Source: an uncultured Pseudobdellovibrionaceae bacterium (GTDB taxonomy: Bacteria > Bdellovibrionota > Bdellovibrionia > Bdellovibrionales > UBA1609). From it: 64,000 nt of DNA. The notes beneath the pieces were generated by a model. The model saw nothing but the letters and a program-made list of their open reading frames with translations. It was not told the origin of the DNA and made no database searches. Location: NCBI GenBank assembly GCA_963803705.1, contig CAWDNU010000002.1, positions 32,753 through 96,752 on the forward strand. The letters run 5' to 3'. Both the position numbers and the translations under genes were made by a program. Shown here piece by piece: positions 10,399 through 20,933 of the stretch (position 1 is the stretch's first letter; every line of letters starts with the position of its first letter).

Positions 10399-10451
10399 AA
10401 TGAAACATTAAAAGCTTTGACCTGAAAAAGACAGAAGTATTTAGACAGCCG

Positions 10452-10634
10452 CTACTTAATTTCTTTATGCAAAGTATGCTTTCTTAGATTTGGGTTGTAC
10501 TTTTTTTTCTCAAGACGCTCTGGATGAGTTTGAGAGTTCTTTTTCGTAGTGTACCTGGAAGGTGGCATCCCAATTTTGCGGGCTTCAGTGCACTCAAGTG
10601 TGATAATTCTTACTTTACCTTTTTTCTTAGCCAT
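10452..10634 (-). CDS. rpmG: 50S ribosomal protein L33
   Basis: ITLECTE...SRYTTKKN...[27 protein letters not shown] upstream. Confidence 0.95.
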   Translation of the reverse strand: MAKKKGKVRIITLECTEARKIGMPPSRYTTKKNSQTHPERLEKKKYNPNLRKHTLHKEIK

Positions 10635-10670
10635 ATGTTACTCCTACGAAGGGTTAGAAGTAGTTAATAG

Positions 10671-11405
10671 CTAAGTTTTTGTCAATATTTTTAAATAGCT
10701 TTTTACAGTTTGCTCTAGGCCTGTATAAAGGGCTTCGGATATCAGCGCATGACCAATCGAAACCTCTGACACTTCAGGAACTTCAGTAATAAACAGTTTC
10801 AAATTCTGTTGGTTTAAGTCGTGACCAGCGTTAACACCTAACCCAGATTTTAGTGCAAGGCGAGCAAGCATTGCATATGCATCTAATATAGGCTTCAAAC
10901 GATCTGGGTAATTGTAAGCTTTAGCGTAGGCCTCGGTGTACAGTTCAATCCTGTGAGCCCCCAAGTCCCTTAGCAACTTTAGATGATCCTCTTTGCAAGT
11001 GGCGGGGTCTACGAAAACAGAAATTCGCGAAGCAGAGATATTCTTAAAGGCTTTTCTTAAAAGATCTTTTTGAGTTGAAATATTCCAGCCCGCGTTCGAT
11101 GTTAAAGCATCTGGGGGATCGGGGACTAAGGTTACTTGTGCTGGAACAATACACTTTATTAGCTTTAGAAAGGAATCCGAGGGGTAGCCTTCTACATTTA
11201 GCTCGGTTTTGACTACAGATTTCAAATCGTAAACATCGCTAAATTTGATATGGCGCTCGTCCGGTCGAGGGTGAACAGTGATGCCTTGTGCGCCAAAGGA
11301 TTCAATATGTTCAGCTGCTAAGGTAACATTGGGATCGTTGCCTCCGCGTGCATTTCTAAGTGTGGCAATTTTGTTGATATTTACACTAAGTTTTGTATCA
11401 GTCAT
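10671..11405 (-). CDS. pdxJ: Pyridoxine 5'-phosphate synthase
   Basis: LSVNINKIATLRNARG, GITVHPRPDERHI, NAGHDLN, EVSIGHALI. Confidence 0.96.
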   Translation of the reverse strand: MTDTKLSVNINKIATLRNARGGNDPNVTLAAEHIESFGAQGITVHPRPDERHIKFSDVYDLKSVVKTELNVEGYPSDSFLKLIKCIVPAQVTLVPDPPDALTSNAGWNISTQKDLLRKAFKNISASRISVFVDPATCKEDHLKLLRDLGAHRIELYTEAYAKAYNYPDRLKPILDAYAMLARLALKSGLGVNAGHDLNQQNLKLFITEVPEVSEVSIGHALISEALYTGLEQTVKSYLKILTKT

Positions 11406-11537
11406 AATCTTGAATTACGTAGGCTTTTTAAATGCGTCAAGTTCTTGTTAAGACTCTTCAGAAACCAGATTACTCTTTTGGTCTTGGTGAAATATTTGGT
11501 AGAACTTAAATAGCTGATTCAATCAGCTTCTCAAGTA

Positions 11538-11682
11538 AAGCTGTGAAGCCTGGGACGAAAAATAGTCCTCAAGGCGTAAGCTGTGAAGCCTGGGACGAAA
11601 AATAGTCCTCAAGGCGTAAGCTGTGAAGCCTGGGACGAAAAATAGTCCTCAAGGCGTAAGCTGTGAAGCCTGGGACGAAAAA
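11538..11682 (+). repeat. Perfect 40-bp tandem repeat, about 3.6 copies, each an imperfect hairpin
   Basis: Unit CTGTGAAGCCTGGGACGAAAAATAGTCCTCAAGGCGTAAG at 11541, 11581 and 11621, partial copy at 11661. Confidence 0.97.
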
Positions 11683-11690
11683 GGAGATAC

Positions 11691-12383
11691 ATGGCTCATA
11701 AAATTTTATTAGTTGAAGATGAAGAAAGCTTAGCGCGTCTGGTATCGCTACAACTGCAGTCTCACGGCTACGCAGTGGATATAGCTTATGATGGACAGAT
11801 GGCGCTGAAAAATATTTTAACTTCGGCTTATGATGCTATTTTATTAGATCGCATGATTCCCCATGCAAACGGTTTGGAAGTCCTGGCAAAAATTAGGTCA
11901 GAAGGAATTCAAACCCCAGTTATATTTGTAACCGCTTTAAATTCACCTGATCATATAATCGAAGGTCTGGAAGCCGGCGCTGATGACTACGTAACAAAAC
12001 CATTTGATGAGCGGATTTTGATCTCTAGAATAAGATCAGTTATGCGCAGAGCTCAGACAGAAAAGGATAACCTTAAAACTGAATCTGATTGGATCGAAAT
12101 TGAAAATATAGCACTGAATTCGAAAGCTTTCGAAGTGAAGGTCGGTGACAACAAATTAAGCCTAACTCGTTCTGAGTTTCTACTTTTGCAAGCTTTGATG
12201 CAGCAGCAAGGGTGTGTGTTAACTCGAAAGTTCTTAATAAGCACGGTTCAAGGTGAAGATGTGAATGTAACTGGTCGAACCGTGGACACTCATATTTTTG
12301 GGTTAAGAAAAAAATTGGGCGAAAGCTCAGATTTAATTGAAACTATTAGGGGAGTTGGCTATAGAATGAAATTCCATGAATAG
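11691..12383 (+). CDS. OmpR/PhoB-family response regulator
   Basis: LLVEDE, LLDRMIP, GADDYVTKPF, RTVDTHI, IETIRGVGY; AAGGAG RBS. Confidence 0.93.
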   Translation: MAHKILLVEDEESLARLVSLQLQSHGYAVDIAYDGQMALKNILTSAYDAILLDRMIPHANGLEVLAKIRSEGIQTPVIFVTALNSPDHIIEGLEAGADDYVTKPFDERILISRIRSVMRRAQTEKDNLKTESDWIEIENIALNSKAFEVKVGDNKLSLTRSEFLLLQALMQQQGCVLTRKFLISTVQGEDVNVTGRTVDTHIFGLRKKLGESSDLIETIRGVGYRMKFHE

Positions 12384-13773
12384 TCGTTTACCTTATAGAT
12401 TGTTTTTCAAAGCCTTAGCAATACATCTTGCACTGTTTATTCTTGGTCTTGCGATTTATAGATTTGTACTATTAAGGATTATACCTGAACCAACATTTAA
12501 TCATTCTTATTTTTTCTTTTTATTTTTTTCTGTATTTAGTTTAGTGATCATATTTAATTTTACTCTGAAGCCTTTAACTCGAATGATAAAGTCTTTAACT
12601 GCCTTAGTTGAAAATCAAAGTTTTTCTGAAGATGAAATCACAAAGGCCATGGCTTACGATACTACTCCGGGTGAATGGCATGACCTAGAGCTTATTTTGA
12701 AAAAATTAGTAAAAATTCTTAGAAAAAATTTTAAAGCCTTGTCTCGTGAAAAAATCGAAATTCAAGCTGTTATGAACTCCGTAGAAGAACCTATTTTCGC
12801 AATAGATCAGTCAGAGCGAATTATTTTTTACAATCCCGCGTTTGGTATGGTTTTTGGCATGGAGTCTGGCAGTAAAGGGCAGGTCTTAGCACACAGCGCT
12901 TTGCCAGATGCAACCATTCTGGATGCTATTCGTAAAGTGTTTTTGGACGGTGAACCTCAGGAAATCCAAGCTGACTTATTTATAGCTAACCAGTCATTTT
13001 CTTTCACCGTTTCTTTGTCGCCGTTGAAACGAGAGACCGATAATTCAACCTACGGTGTTGTGGCTGTATTTCATGATAGAAGTCTACAAATTGAAACAAA
13101 CAAGAAAAAATTAGATTTTGTTGCTAATGCCTCTCATGAATTAAGAACACCTGTGACCATGGTTTCTTCAGCCGTATCGTTACTAGAAAGAAACTTAGAA
13201 AATAAAGAGCTCAGGCAAGAGTTGATTTTAAATTTAAAAGAAAATACCAGTCGACTTATAAACCTTACAGAAGGCTTACTGGATTTATCTACAATCGAAA
13301 GTGGAGAGCGACTAGATTTAAAACTTATAAAACCTGAAGAATTTACATTGAAGTTTTTAACTTCGAATAATTATGATTTAGAAAAGATTTTATTACAGTG
13401 TGAACAGGGCATTCAGCTTCATGCTGACCCCAGACGGTTAGACCAAATTTTAACTAATTTGATCACTAATGCAGTAAGATATTCTTCAAAAGAAAAAAAG
13501 ATCTCTATTTTTTGGGAAGCGAAAGCAGACCATATTATTCTAAAGGTCAGGGATGAAGGGACTGGAATCGCGACCGAGCATGCAAAACGTATATTTGAGC
13601 GCTTTTACAGAGTTGATGCTGCAAGAACGCGTAAGCATGGAGGAACAGGTATAGGTCTTGCCATTGTGAAGCATATCATGAAGCTTCATAAGGGTGACGT
13701 TTTTGTAAACACTGATTATAAGCTTGGGGCCGAGTTCGTGTGTGAGTTCCCAACTATTTTCACTTCTAATTAA
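12376..13773 (+). CDS. PhoR-like sensor histidine kinase (TM-PAS-HisKA-HATPase)
   Basis: FVANASHELRTP H-box, NLITNAVRY, RIFERFYRVD, GGTGIGLAIVKH. Confidence 0.92.
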   Translation: MNSRLPYRLFFKALAIHLALFILGLAIYRFVLLRIIPEPTFNHSYFFFLFFSVFSLVIIFNFTLKPLTRMIKSLTALVENQSFSEDEITKAMAYDTTPGEWHDLELILKKLVKILRKNFKALSREKIEIQAVMNSVEEPIFAIDQSERIIFYNPAFGMVFGMESGSKGQVLAHSALPDATILDAIRKVFLDGEPQEIQADLFIANQSFSFTVSLSPLKRETDNSTYGVVAVFHDRSLQIETNKKKLDFVANASHELRTPVTMVSSAVSLLERNLENKELRQELILNLKENTSRLINLTEGLLDLSTIESGERLDLKLIKPEEFTLKFLTSNNYDLEKILLQCEQGIQLHADPRRLDQILTNLITNAVRYSSKEKKISIFWEAKADHIILKVRDEGTGIATEHAKRIFERFYRVDAARTRKHGGTGIGLAIVKHIMKLHKGDVFVNTDYKLGAEFVCEFPTIFTSN

Positions 13774-13869
13774 TTTTCCAACAATTACTGCGCCATTGTT
13801 TTACTTCAATGCGCCTTTAAACTTACGCCCATAAAAAAATAATTCTAAGTAACATTAAAAAATTAATAT

Positions 13870-14844
13870 CTATTTGAAAAATCCTTCGATACCTTTTTCA
13901 AGCCTTTCTTTTAGAGGTAAAAGTTCACTACTCACAAACGCTCCACAAGCAAGCTCGTGCCCTCCACCGTCAAACTGCTCAGCAAGTTCTAAGACCTTAA
14001 ACTTACCTTTTGATCTGAAACTAACCCTGAACTCATTTTTTTCAAGCTCTCTGGCAACTACCGCGATCTCGCAGGTGTCTACCCCCAAAATGAAATCGAC
14101 TATGTCGTGTATTTCTTCTGGTTCTACTTTAGCCGCTTCGATCATCTCGAAAGGAATCATCAACAGACCTACCTGATCTTTATGGGTAAAAACTATATCC
14201 TTTAGTGAAAGTCCTAAAAATTTAACTTTGTTAGCCGAGTAATTGGCAAACAACATCCTGTGAATCCAGGTGCAGTCAATATCAAACTTCATAAGTTCGT
14301 TAGCGATGTTAAATGAGGACTTGGAATTACGGATGAACCTAAAGACATGGGTATCAAATGCAATGCTGGTGTAAAGTGCTTCAGCAATTTTTTTGCTTAA
14401 CGGTACACCTAACGCATTTACAAGCTTATAAGTCATTTCCCCCGTAGAGGCTGCTTGAGAATCTACAATTGAATTTTCGGTTGGATTCGGCCCTTTATTA
14501 AGTAAAGCATGATGATCTAAAAAAATAACTTCGCATTCCGACACAAAATGGCTATACAAAGGTTCTATCATCCTGTGATCATTTGTATCGAAGGCTAAAA
14601 TCAAGTCAGGTTTCAAATCAATTTTATTGTGAAAGGCTTGCACCCTTGAGTCTCGATCAATAAATTTATAGCGATCGTGTAATTCCTCTTGATGAATAAT
14701 CTGAACATTTTTATTTAAACTCTCTAGGCAGTAGTAAATAGCAAGTTCTGAACCTAGTCCGTCCCCATCGCATGACTTATGGGTCGTCAGAATTATATTA
14801 TTGCTAGAAGCAATTTTTTCAACAAGGTAGCTATAAGAATTCAT
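13870..14844 (-). CDS. nrnA: DHH/DHHA1 bifunctional oligoribonuclease/pAp phosphatase NrnA
   Basis: THKSCDGDGLGS, LDHH, DT, VSFRS, GGGHELACG. Confidence 0.88.
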   Translation of the reverse strand: MNSYSYLVEKIASSNNIILTTHKSCDGDGLGSELAIYYCLESLNKNVQIIHQEELHDRYKFIDRDSRVQAFHNKIDLKPDLILAFDTNDHRMIEPLYSHFVSECEVIFLDHHALLNKGPNPTENSIVDSQAASTGEMTYKLVNALGVPLSKKIAEALYTSIAFDTHVFRFIRNSKSSFNIANELMKFDIDCTWIHRMLFANYSANKVKFLGLSLKDIVFTHKDQVGLLMIPFEMIEAAKVEPEEIHDIVDFILGVDTCEIAVVARELEKNEFRVSFRSKGKFKVLELAEQFDGGGHELACGAFVSSELLPLKERLEKGIEGFFK

Positions 14845-14899
14845 CTACAATTAGATTCGGGTTAATTGGACTGAAGGTAAAGACAAAAACCTGTTTTTT

Positions 14900-16237
14900 T
14901 TAGGAAATATACGAAAGCCCTAAAGTTGCAATACCGAGAAATGCTAAGTAGCCAAAAATATCTGTGCTCATAGTTACCAAAACTCCACTACTAACGGCTG
15001 GATCTTTGCCAAAAGATTTAAGCAAGATAGGTACTAACGCCCCCATCGAAGAAGCAACAATAGAATTCAGAAACATCGAGATGGCCAGTATGATGCCAAT
15101 AGCTAAATGTCCTTTCCAAAAATAAACAAGTATCCCAGAACAAAGTCCAGTGGTCAGTCCTAGCATTAGACCTACCGAAACTTCCTTTATTATCGCTTTT
15201 TTAAATGTTGTATATTCAAATTCGCCAGTGGCTAGGCCTCGAGTCATAACGGTAAGGGTTTGAATCGCAGTGTTACCACTGACAGCAGCGGTTATATTCA
15301 TTAGACTGGCTAATATGATGACGTCCGCTATAGTCTGCTCGAACTGGCTTATAACAAAACTTGAAAAGTAAGCTAAAACTAGATTCAGAAATAGCCATGG
15401 AATTCTATAGAAGTAAGATTGCGAGCTTTTTGTTGATACGGAATCCATTTGTTGCAGGCCGGCCTGAGCGTAAATATCAGCCGTCGCTTGTTCCTGAATT
15501 TCATCTACAATATCGTCAATGGTTATAAGCCCAACCATTTTGCTGTTATTGTTCACTATGGGTAATGCGATTAAATCATGATCCTGAACTAAGTTGATTG
15601 CTTCCTCAATATCATCGTTAGTTTTAGCTGAAAATATATCTCGACTAATAAGATTGTCTAAAGCTTCATCTGAAGGCGCTAGAGCTAGCTCCCTTAAAGA
15701 AGCAACCCCGATAAGCTTAGAGTTGGGTGTCACACAGTATATATAATAAAGCGAGTCAGATGCTACAGCGTTTTTTCGAATGTATTCCAAGCTTTCGCCT
15801 GCACTTAGCTGAATAGGAATAGAAAAAAAATCTGTCTGCATTTTTCGGCCGCAAGAATCTTTGGGGTATTCTAAATACTTTCTTAATATTTCAGATTCAG
15901 GCAGATTAGGCAGCAGTAACTCAATCTCGTCTGATGATAAATAACTTAGAAATCTGACAGCATCATCTACTTCTGATTTCAAAACCAAAGTTTGCCAATC
16001 ATGGGGTTCAAACGTATCAATAAAGTCTGCGAGACGCGATTCCGGAAGCTCTAGTAAAGCATCAGCTATTAGAGGCAGAAGTAAAAGCTCAGCTTTTTTT
16101 TCCAAAAAAGCTGTTACATTAAGCTCGTTTATCCATTGCGATAAGCCCATATGATCCAGTTCATTTAGCTGACCTGGGGGAGTATCTATAGGGTTTTTCT
16201 TGAGCGTATGTTTGCCCTTTTTCCAAAACTTAAGCAT
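14900..16237 (-). CDS. mgtE: MgtE magnesium transporter
   Basis: CBS pair, GLITIDD, RIPWL, SGNTAIQT, DPAVSSG...TD. Confidence 0.93.
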   Translation of the reverse strand: MLKFWKKGKHTLKKNPIDTPPGQLNELDHMGLSQWINELNVTAFLEKKAELLLLPLIADALLELPESRLADFIDTFEPHDWQTLVLKSEVDDAVRFLSYLSSDEIELLLPNLPESEILRKYLEYPKDSCGRKMQTDFFSIPIQLSAGESLEYIRKNAVASDSLYYIYCVTPNSKLIGVASLRELALAPSDEALDNLISRDIFSAKTNDDIEEAINLVQDHDLIALPIVNNNSKMVGLITIDDIVDEIQEQATADIYAQAGLQQMDSVSTKSSQSYFYRIPWLFLNLVLAYFSSFVISQFEQTIADVIILASLMNITAAVSGNTAIQTLTVMTRGLATGEFEYTTFKKAIIKEVSVGLMLGLTTGLCSGILVYFWKGHLAIGIILAISMFLNSIVASSMGALVPILLKSFGKDPAVSSGVLVTMSTDIFGYLAFLGIATLGLSYIS

Positions 16238-16332
16238 TGTGATCTCGAATAACTTTAAAATGTGTTGTAATTACTTGAATTTTGACTATATAGTACCGTC
16301 TTTTAAATGGCCAACAACTTTTGGAGCACTAA

Positions 16333-16809
16333 ATGAGTGATAAACAGCCGATGACGGTTAAAGGCAAAATTTTATTAGACCAAGAACTTAAGCACTTGAT
16401 GCATGTTGAACGTCCTGATGTGATAAAAGCTATCGAAGAGGCAAGAGGTCATGGAGACTTAAGTGAAAACGCCGATTATGACGCAGCTAAAGAGCGCCAA
16501 GGATTTGTTGAAGCACGCATTGCTGACATTCAGACAAAATTAGCTAAAGCGGAAGTCGTGGATCCTGCAGGTGTGAAATCTGAAAAAGTTGTTTTCGGAG
16601 CTACAGTTACAATCCAAGATTTAGAAGCAGATAAAGAAGTTACTTACCAACTCGTTGGCGTAGACGAAGCCAATATAAAAGAGGGTAAGCTTTCTGTATT
16701 TTCTCCGCTTGGAAGAGCTATGATCGGCAAGAAAAAATCTGATGTCATAGAGGTTCAGTCTCCGAAAGGTGACAAGGAATACGAAATAAAAAAGTTTATA
16801 TTTAAGTAG
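16333..16809 (+). CDS. greA: Transcription elongation factor GreA
   Basis: ARGHGDLSENADYDAAKERQ and SPLGRAMIGK. Confidence 0.96.
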   Translation: MSDKQPMTVKGKILLDQELKHLMHVERPDVIKAIEEARGHGDLSENADYDAAKERQGFVEARIADIQTKLAKAEVVDPAGVKSEKVVFGATVTIQDLEADKEVTYQLVGVDEANIKEGKLSVFSPLGRAMIGKKKSDVIEVQSPKGDKEYEIKKFIFK

Positions 16810-16881
16810 TTTCATAAGCGCCTTTTTGACAACTCCTGCTATCCAAATGACTTTTGTGCAAATTGGCTTAGTATAAGATTT

Positions 16882-18783
16882 ATGACTAACAAAGACAGAT
16901 TAAAGCCGCTCTCACTTTTAGTAATTTTTTTTATAGTAGCTTTTATATCTGTAAATATTCTAAGCCAATACTATTTTTCTCCGAAAAAAATTAACAAGTA
17001 TTTACAAAAATCTATATCAAACACTATGAATATGGAAGTTGACTTTAAAAAAGCTCAAATAAGCTTTTCTGGAAGCCTGTCTCCTTTCTTTGCTATTAAA
17101 GTGACCGGTCCTCATTTTAAGTATGATGACTGCAAGGCAGCCTATGATTTCAAGGCGCCTTACATTCTGATTCCATTATCCCTTCGAGATGCCGCAAAAG
17201 ACAAATTAAAATTAGGTTTCATAAAATTTGGAAAAGCTGAAATAACAGTAAGAGATTCAGTTTTGACTTGCACAGAGGGTGGCAGCCCAGAGAAAGCAGC
17301 GACCCTGGACGTCTTCCAACCACCCGCCCCTAAATTTGGCGAATTTTTTGAAAGGGTCGAGCGTGTATTCAAAAGTGTATCTGGTATTCGTGCTCAGCAA
17401 CTGGTTTACAAAGAACTTAGGAAAAACCAAGAAAAAGTAATTTCTTTCAAAAGATTAAGAGTTTCATATCACAAAGTAAGTAGGTTTATACACTCATACT
17501 TTGAAATAGCTATTAAGCCTAAAAAAAATAACAAATTAAATTTAGCCTACAAAAGAGATATAAAATTAAAGGTAAATGCACAATTAAGTCACGATGCTGG
17601 TTTATCAATTAAGGCTAACGCTAGATTTTTAGAAGGTGTATTTGAGCTCAATTCGGGACCACAAAAGAGTTTGAACAATTACGCCGTCAAGTTTAAAATT
17701 AAAGATCTTCCATTGACTTTTTTAAGTTTTTTGGTGGATGAAAAATCGTTGGAAGCGATTAATTCTCACCGAATTTGGTTTAATTCAAGTTTCAAAATTT
17801 ATTTGTTAAATTTTTTAAGTTCAAAGGTCAACACTATCAACGCGAATATTGATTCACTGGAAATATTTGGCCCAGTTCTAAAGTCCTATGCTTCTAATAT
17901 AGAGGCTCAGTTATACCCTAAATTTAAAGTTTTAAAACCAATGAACTGGCGTTTAGACAGTTTGAACTTAAATGGCCTCTTATCGCTTAGAAACCTCAAA
18001 AGTGTAAGAGGAGCCATTGACCAGTTTGGAATCATGCGTGGCTCGGGCCAAGTTCTTACTGATAATTCCGTTTCTTTTGAAGGTTTGATGAGTAAGAGCT
18101 CATTTACATTTTCGATGAACAGAAAGAAAGTTCAACAAGTTTTGACAAAGGCAAATATTAATTTTGTTTTTAAATATCCGAATTTAAATCTTGAAGTTAA
18201 AAATATTGTTTTAGAAAAAGGTGTTTTCGACGGAATTCTGTTCGGAACCGTTGACTGGAGCAGAGATTTTGAATGGTCGTTAGGTGCGAATTCAAGCTCT
18301 TTTAGCCTTGCTCCTAAAGTGCAAGAGCTCTTTGCTATTAGTCAGTCTCCATTTGAAGATTTAAAATTCAAAATGAACGGAAAGGTTAGGGTGCTTGAAA
18401 ACTTAAGCTTTCAGGCCGAATTGCCTAAGCTTAAAACTAAGTGGGGAGAGTTCCTAAAATCAAATTATAATTTAAGTTATGATTCGGATAAAAAGAACTA
18501 TAGATTTAAACTATCATCCAAACAGTTTTTGTTAAATTCAAACTTTGTAAAACTAAATTTTCTGAAAAACCACAATAGTCTAGATGAGCTTTCGACTTTG
18601 CTAATTCTGTCGTCCACTGACAAATCTTTTGATCTGCAAGCTGAAACAAGTGCAAATCCAAAGGTCAAAATTGAAGCGCAGGGTAGCGACTATAACAAAG
18701 AGTTTTTAGCAAATTTCAATTCAGAAGGTAAACATTATGTTTTGAAGGGACAAATAAACAATGGTTTCATTTTAAAAAAATAG
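16882..18783 (+). CDS. Membrane-anchored beta-rich protein, possibly AsmA-like
   Basis: Single N-terminal TM followed by about 600 aa of amphipathic beta-strand pattern; AsmA call is an inference. Confidence 0.5.
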   Translation: MTNKDRLKPLSLLVIFFIVAFISVNILSQYYFSPKKINKYLQKSISNTMNMEVDFKKAQISFSGSLSPFFAIKVTGPHFKYDDCKAAYDFKAPYILIPLSLRDAAKDKLKLGFIKFGKAEITVRDSVLTCTEGGSPEKAATLDVFQPPAPKFGEFFERVERVFKSVSGIRAQQLVYKELRKNQEKVISFKRLRVSYHKVSRFIHSYFEIAIKPKKNNKLNLAYKRDIKLKVNAQLSHDAGLSIKANARFLEGVFELNSGPQKSLNNYAVKFKIKDLPLTFLSFLVDEKSLEAINSHRIWFNSSFKIYLLNFLSSKVNTINANIDSLEIFGPVLKSYASNIEAQLYPKFKVLKPMNWRLDSLNLNGLLSLRNLKSVRGAIDQFGIMRGSGQVLTDNSVSFEGLMSKSSFTFSMNRKKVQQVLTKANINFVFKYPNLNLEVKNIVLEKGVFDGILFGTVDWSRDFEWSLGANSSSFSLAPKVQELFAISQSPFEDLKFKMNGKVRVLENLSFQAELPKLKTKWGEFLKSNYNLSYDSDKKNYRFKLSSKQFLLNSNFVKLNFLKNHNSLDELSTLLILSSTDKSFDLQAETSANPKVKIEAQGSDYNKEFLANFNSEGKHYVLKGQINNGFILKK

Positions 18784-18813
18784 AAAATATTTACTAGAAT
18801 TTAGATAATTAAA

Positions 18814-19257
18814 TTATGTTTGTAGGACAAATTTCAAAACAGCAATCCCGACTAGAATGACGAAGTATACAATGCCGATAAAGAAGGCAAAAACTAAACC
18901 AATTGCACATAGTATGTAATACTTTGATTTGCTTTCAGCCTTTGAAGGATTAGCCTTAAAATCTTTTAAGATTTCAATATTTCTAACATTGGATTTCCAG
19001 AAAATATCAAAGAAATTTCCTAAAATTGGAATTGAACCAAAAAGGGTGTCGACGGCTACGTTTAAAAGCATTCTAAGTAAAACGAAAAGAGAAGCCTTCA
19101 TCGAAAGAGCACGTACAATGATATAAAACGATGGAGCTAAAGTTAGAAAATCACCTGCCAGAGGAATTAGGCCCACGATGGAATCATAGCCAAATCTGAC
19201 TCCGGCGAACTTGAACTTTGTATCTAATAGTTCAGCTACTTTTTCTAAGTCTTTCAT
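18814..19257 (-). CDS. DUF4112 membrane protein
   Basis: LLD..F..RFGYDSIVGLIPLAGD and GSIPILGNFFDIFWKSN.RN. Confidence 0.85.
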   Translation of the reverse strand: MKDLEKVAELLDTKFKFAGVRFGYDSIVGLIPLAGDFLTLAPSFYIIVRALSMKASLFVLLRMLLNVAVDTLFGSIPILGNFFDIFWKSNVRNIEILKDFKANPSKAESKSKYYILCAIGLVFAFFIGIVYFVILVGIAVLKFVLQT

Positions 19258-19276
19258 AAGTTATCCAATTTAAATT

Positions 19277-20296
19277 TTAGAACCCAGACCACATAGATAA
19301 ATTCTCTAACTTTTTGATAACAGCGTTGGCTGCAGTGTCAGAAAATTTTTCTATCAACGATTTTTTCTTGTATGTGCTAATTTCATAGATTTCGTAAAGG
19401 CTCTTATTTTTAAAAAGGAAATCTTCGCTGGTTATAACTTCGTCAATTAGATTGTTTTCTATGCACTGTTCACCGAACCAAAATTCACCTGTTGCTACCT
19501 CTTCAATATTTTGCTTCAGCTTAGGTCTATTTGTTGTAACAAAGTTTTTAAATAGCACATGAATATCTTCTAATTGATCCTTAAATTTCTGACGTCCCTG
19601 CTCGGTATTTTCTCCAAAAATCGTCAAAGTTCGCTTATATTCGCCGGCAGTTACAATTTCATAATCGATGTGATTCTTTTTTAACAGCTTGTGGAAATTA
19701 GGTATTTGCGCCACCACACCGACTGAACCGATAATCGCAAAAGGGGCTGCCATAATTCGATCGGCTACACATGCCATCATATAGCCACCACTTGCGGCAA
19801 CCTTATCGACAGCCACATTTAACTTATGACCTGAATCTTTTATCCTTCTTAGCTCTGAAGCAGCTAAACCGTAACCACTAACTGCCCCTCCGGGGCTTTC
19901 TAACTTTACCAGTACTTCGTCGCCAGGTCTTATGGCCTCTAGAAGATAAGATATTTCGTTAGACAAATGTTCGGTACCCGACGCACTAATATCGCCTTTA
20001 AAGTCCAAAACAAATAATTTTGGCTTTACAGAATCCTTACCACTATTTTTTTTATTTTCCTTCAGAATATTCTTTTTGGCTTTCTTCGCTTCCTTTGAAT
20101 TTAAGAATATCAGGTCAGTCTCTTGCTTTCGTTTTTTATATTCTTTGCTTTTATTCTTAAATCTAACTTTATCTTTTTTTTCAGATTTAGACCTTAAAGA
20201 GGCGGCTACCAAATTGGATATGACAATTAAGATTGCCACCACAATAATAGCAGTTTTTAGAAAGAAGAGTCCAAATTGTATTAGCTGGTCCATCAA
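19277..20296 (-). CDS. sohB: Protease SohB (S49 family)
   Basis: LESPGGAVSGYGLAASEL, VDKVAASGGYMMACVA, TAGEYKRTLT. Confidence 0.93.
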   Translation of the reverse strand: MMDQLIQFGLFFLKTAIIVVAILIVISNLVAASLRSKSEKKDKVRFKNKSKEYKKRKQETDLIFLNSKEAKKAKKNILKENKKNSGKDSVKPKLFVLDFKGDISASGTEHLSNEISYLLEAIRPGDEVLVKLESPGGAVSGYGLAASELRRIKDSGHKLNVAVDKVAASGGYMMACVADRIMAAPFAIIGSVGVVAQIPNFHKLLKKNHIDYEIVTAGEYKRTLTIFGENTEQGRQKFKDQLEDIHVLFKNFVTTNRPKLKQNIEEVATGEFWFGEQCIENNLIDEVITSEDFLFKNKSLYEIYEISTYKKKSLIEKFSDTAANAVIKKLENLSMWSGF

Positions 20297-20435
20297 TATT
20301 CCTGTGTTTAAAATAAGTCTTATGACTATAGTCTATTATCAGTTGATTTCATCTCAAAAAGAAGTGTGTTAGTTTAATGATAACATGGTGTGCAAAGAGC
20401 AACATTTACTTCTTTAACTTTGGCGAGAGCGAAAT

Positions 20436-20837
20436 ATGTACAGATATCTTCTATTAGTCTTTTTTTTGGGCGAATTAAGCAGCCAATTTTCAAGCCAAGT
20501 GCATGCCAAGCCTGTAACCAAGCAAAAGTACTATGATTACTATAGTCGGAAAACCAGTCTGAAACGCCAAGAAGAGGCAATCGAAAGAGGAAGATTAGAT
20601 TATATCGACCGAAAAAAGACGGAATCAAAAAGAGAGCAGCGAATAGCATCTGAATTTGCCAGACGTCAAAATGCTATCGACAAAGATAAAAAAGAAAAGA
20701 TCGCAGAGAGGTGGATGCGCAAACAAAATGAGGCGCACAGAGCTAAAATGAACGCCGCTAGAAGTGAGTATATAAGCCAGTCTAAAAAGAAATACAAATA
20801 TAACATACCAGAGTCTGAAGAGTACGATATAGAGTAA
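20436..20837 (+). CDS. Hypothetical secreted, charged helical protein
   Basis: Signal-like N-terminus ending VHA; highly charged mature region. Confidence 0.6.
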   Translation: MYRYLLLVFFLGELSSQFSSQVHAKPVTKQKYYDYYSRKTSLKRQEEAIERGRLDYIDRKKTESKREQRIASEFARRQNAIDKDKKEKIAERWMRKQNEAHRAKMNAARSEYISQSKKKYKYNIPESEEYDIE

Positions 20838-20933
20838 TTTGCTGACATGACTAGAGCGTTACAAGTAGAGTTCACACATAGCTGCTACTATATTAGACAA
20901 CCCTTATTGAGCATTATTAAAATTGACAGTAAT

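Noticed and set aside
11538..11682. CRISPR array
   Set aside because: Units are contiguous and identical with no unique spacers, and there are no cas genes in the window.
13874..14176. Short antisense or nested ORFs (this one and similar, e.g. 10136, 20076, 20374, 49140, 54974, 58126)
   Set aside because: They lie opposite or inside well-supported genes and show no independent coding signal.
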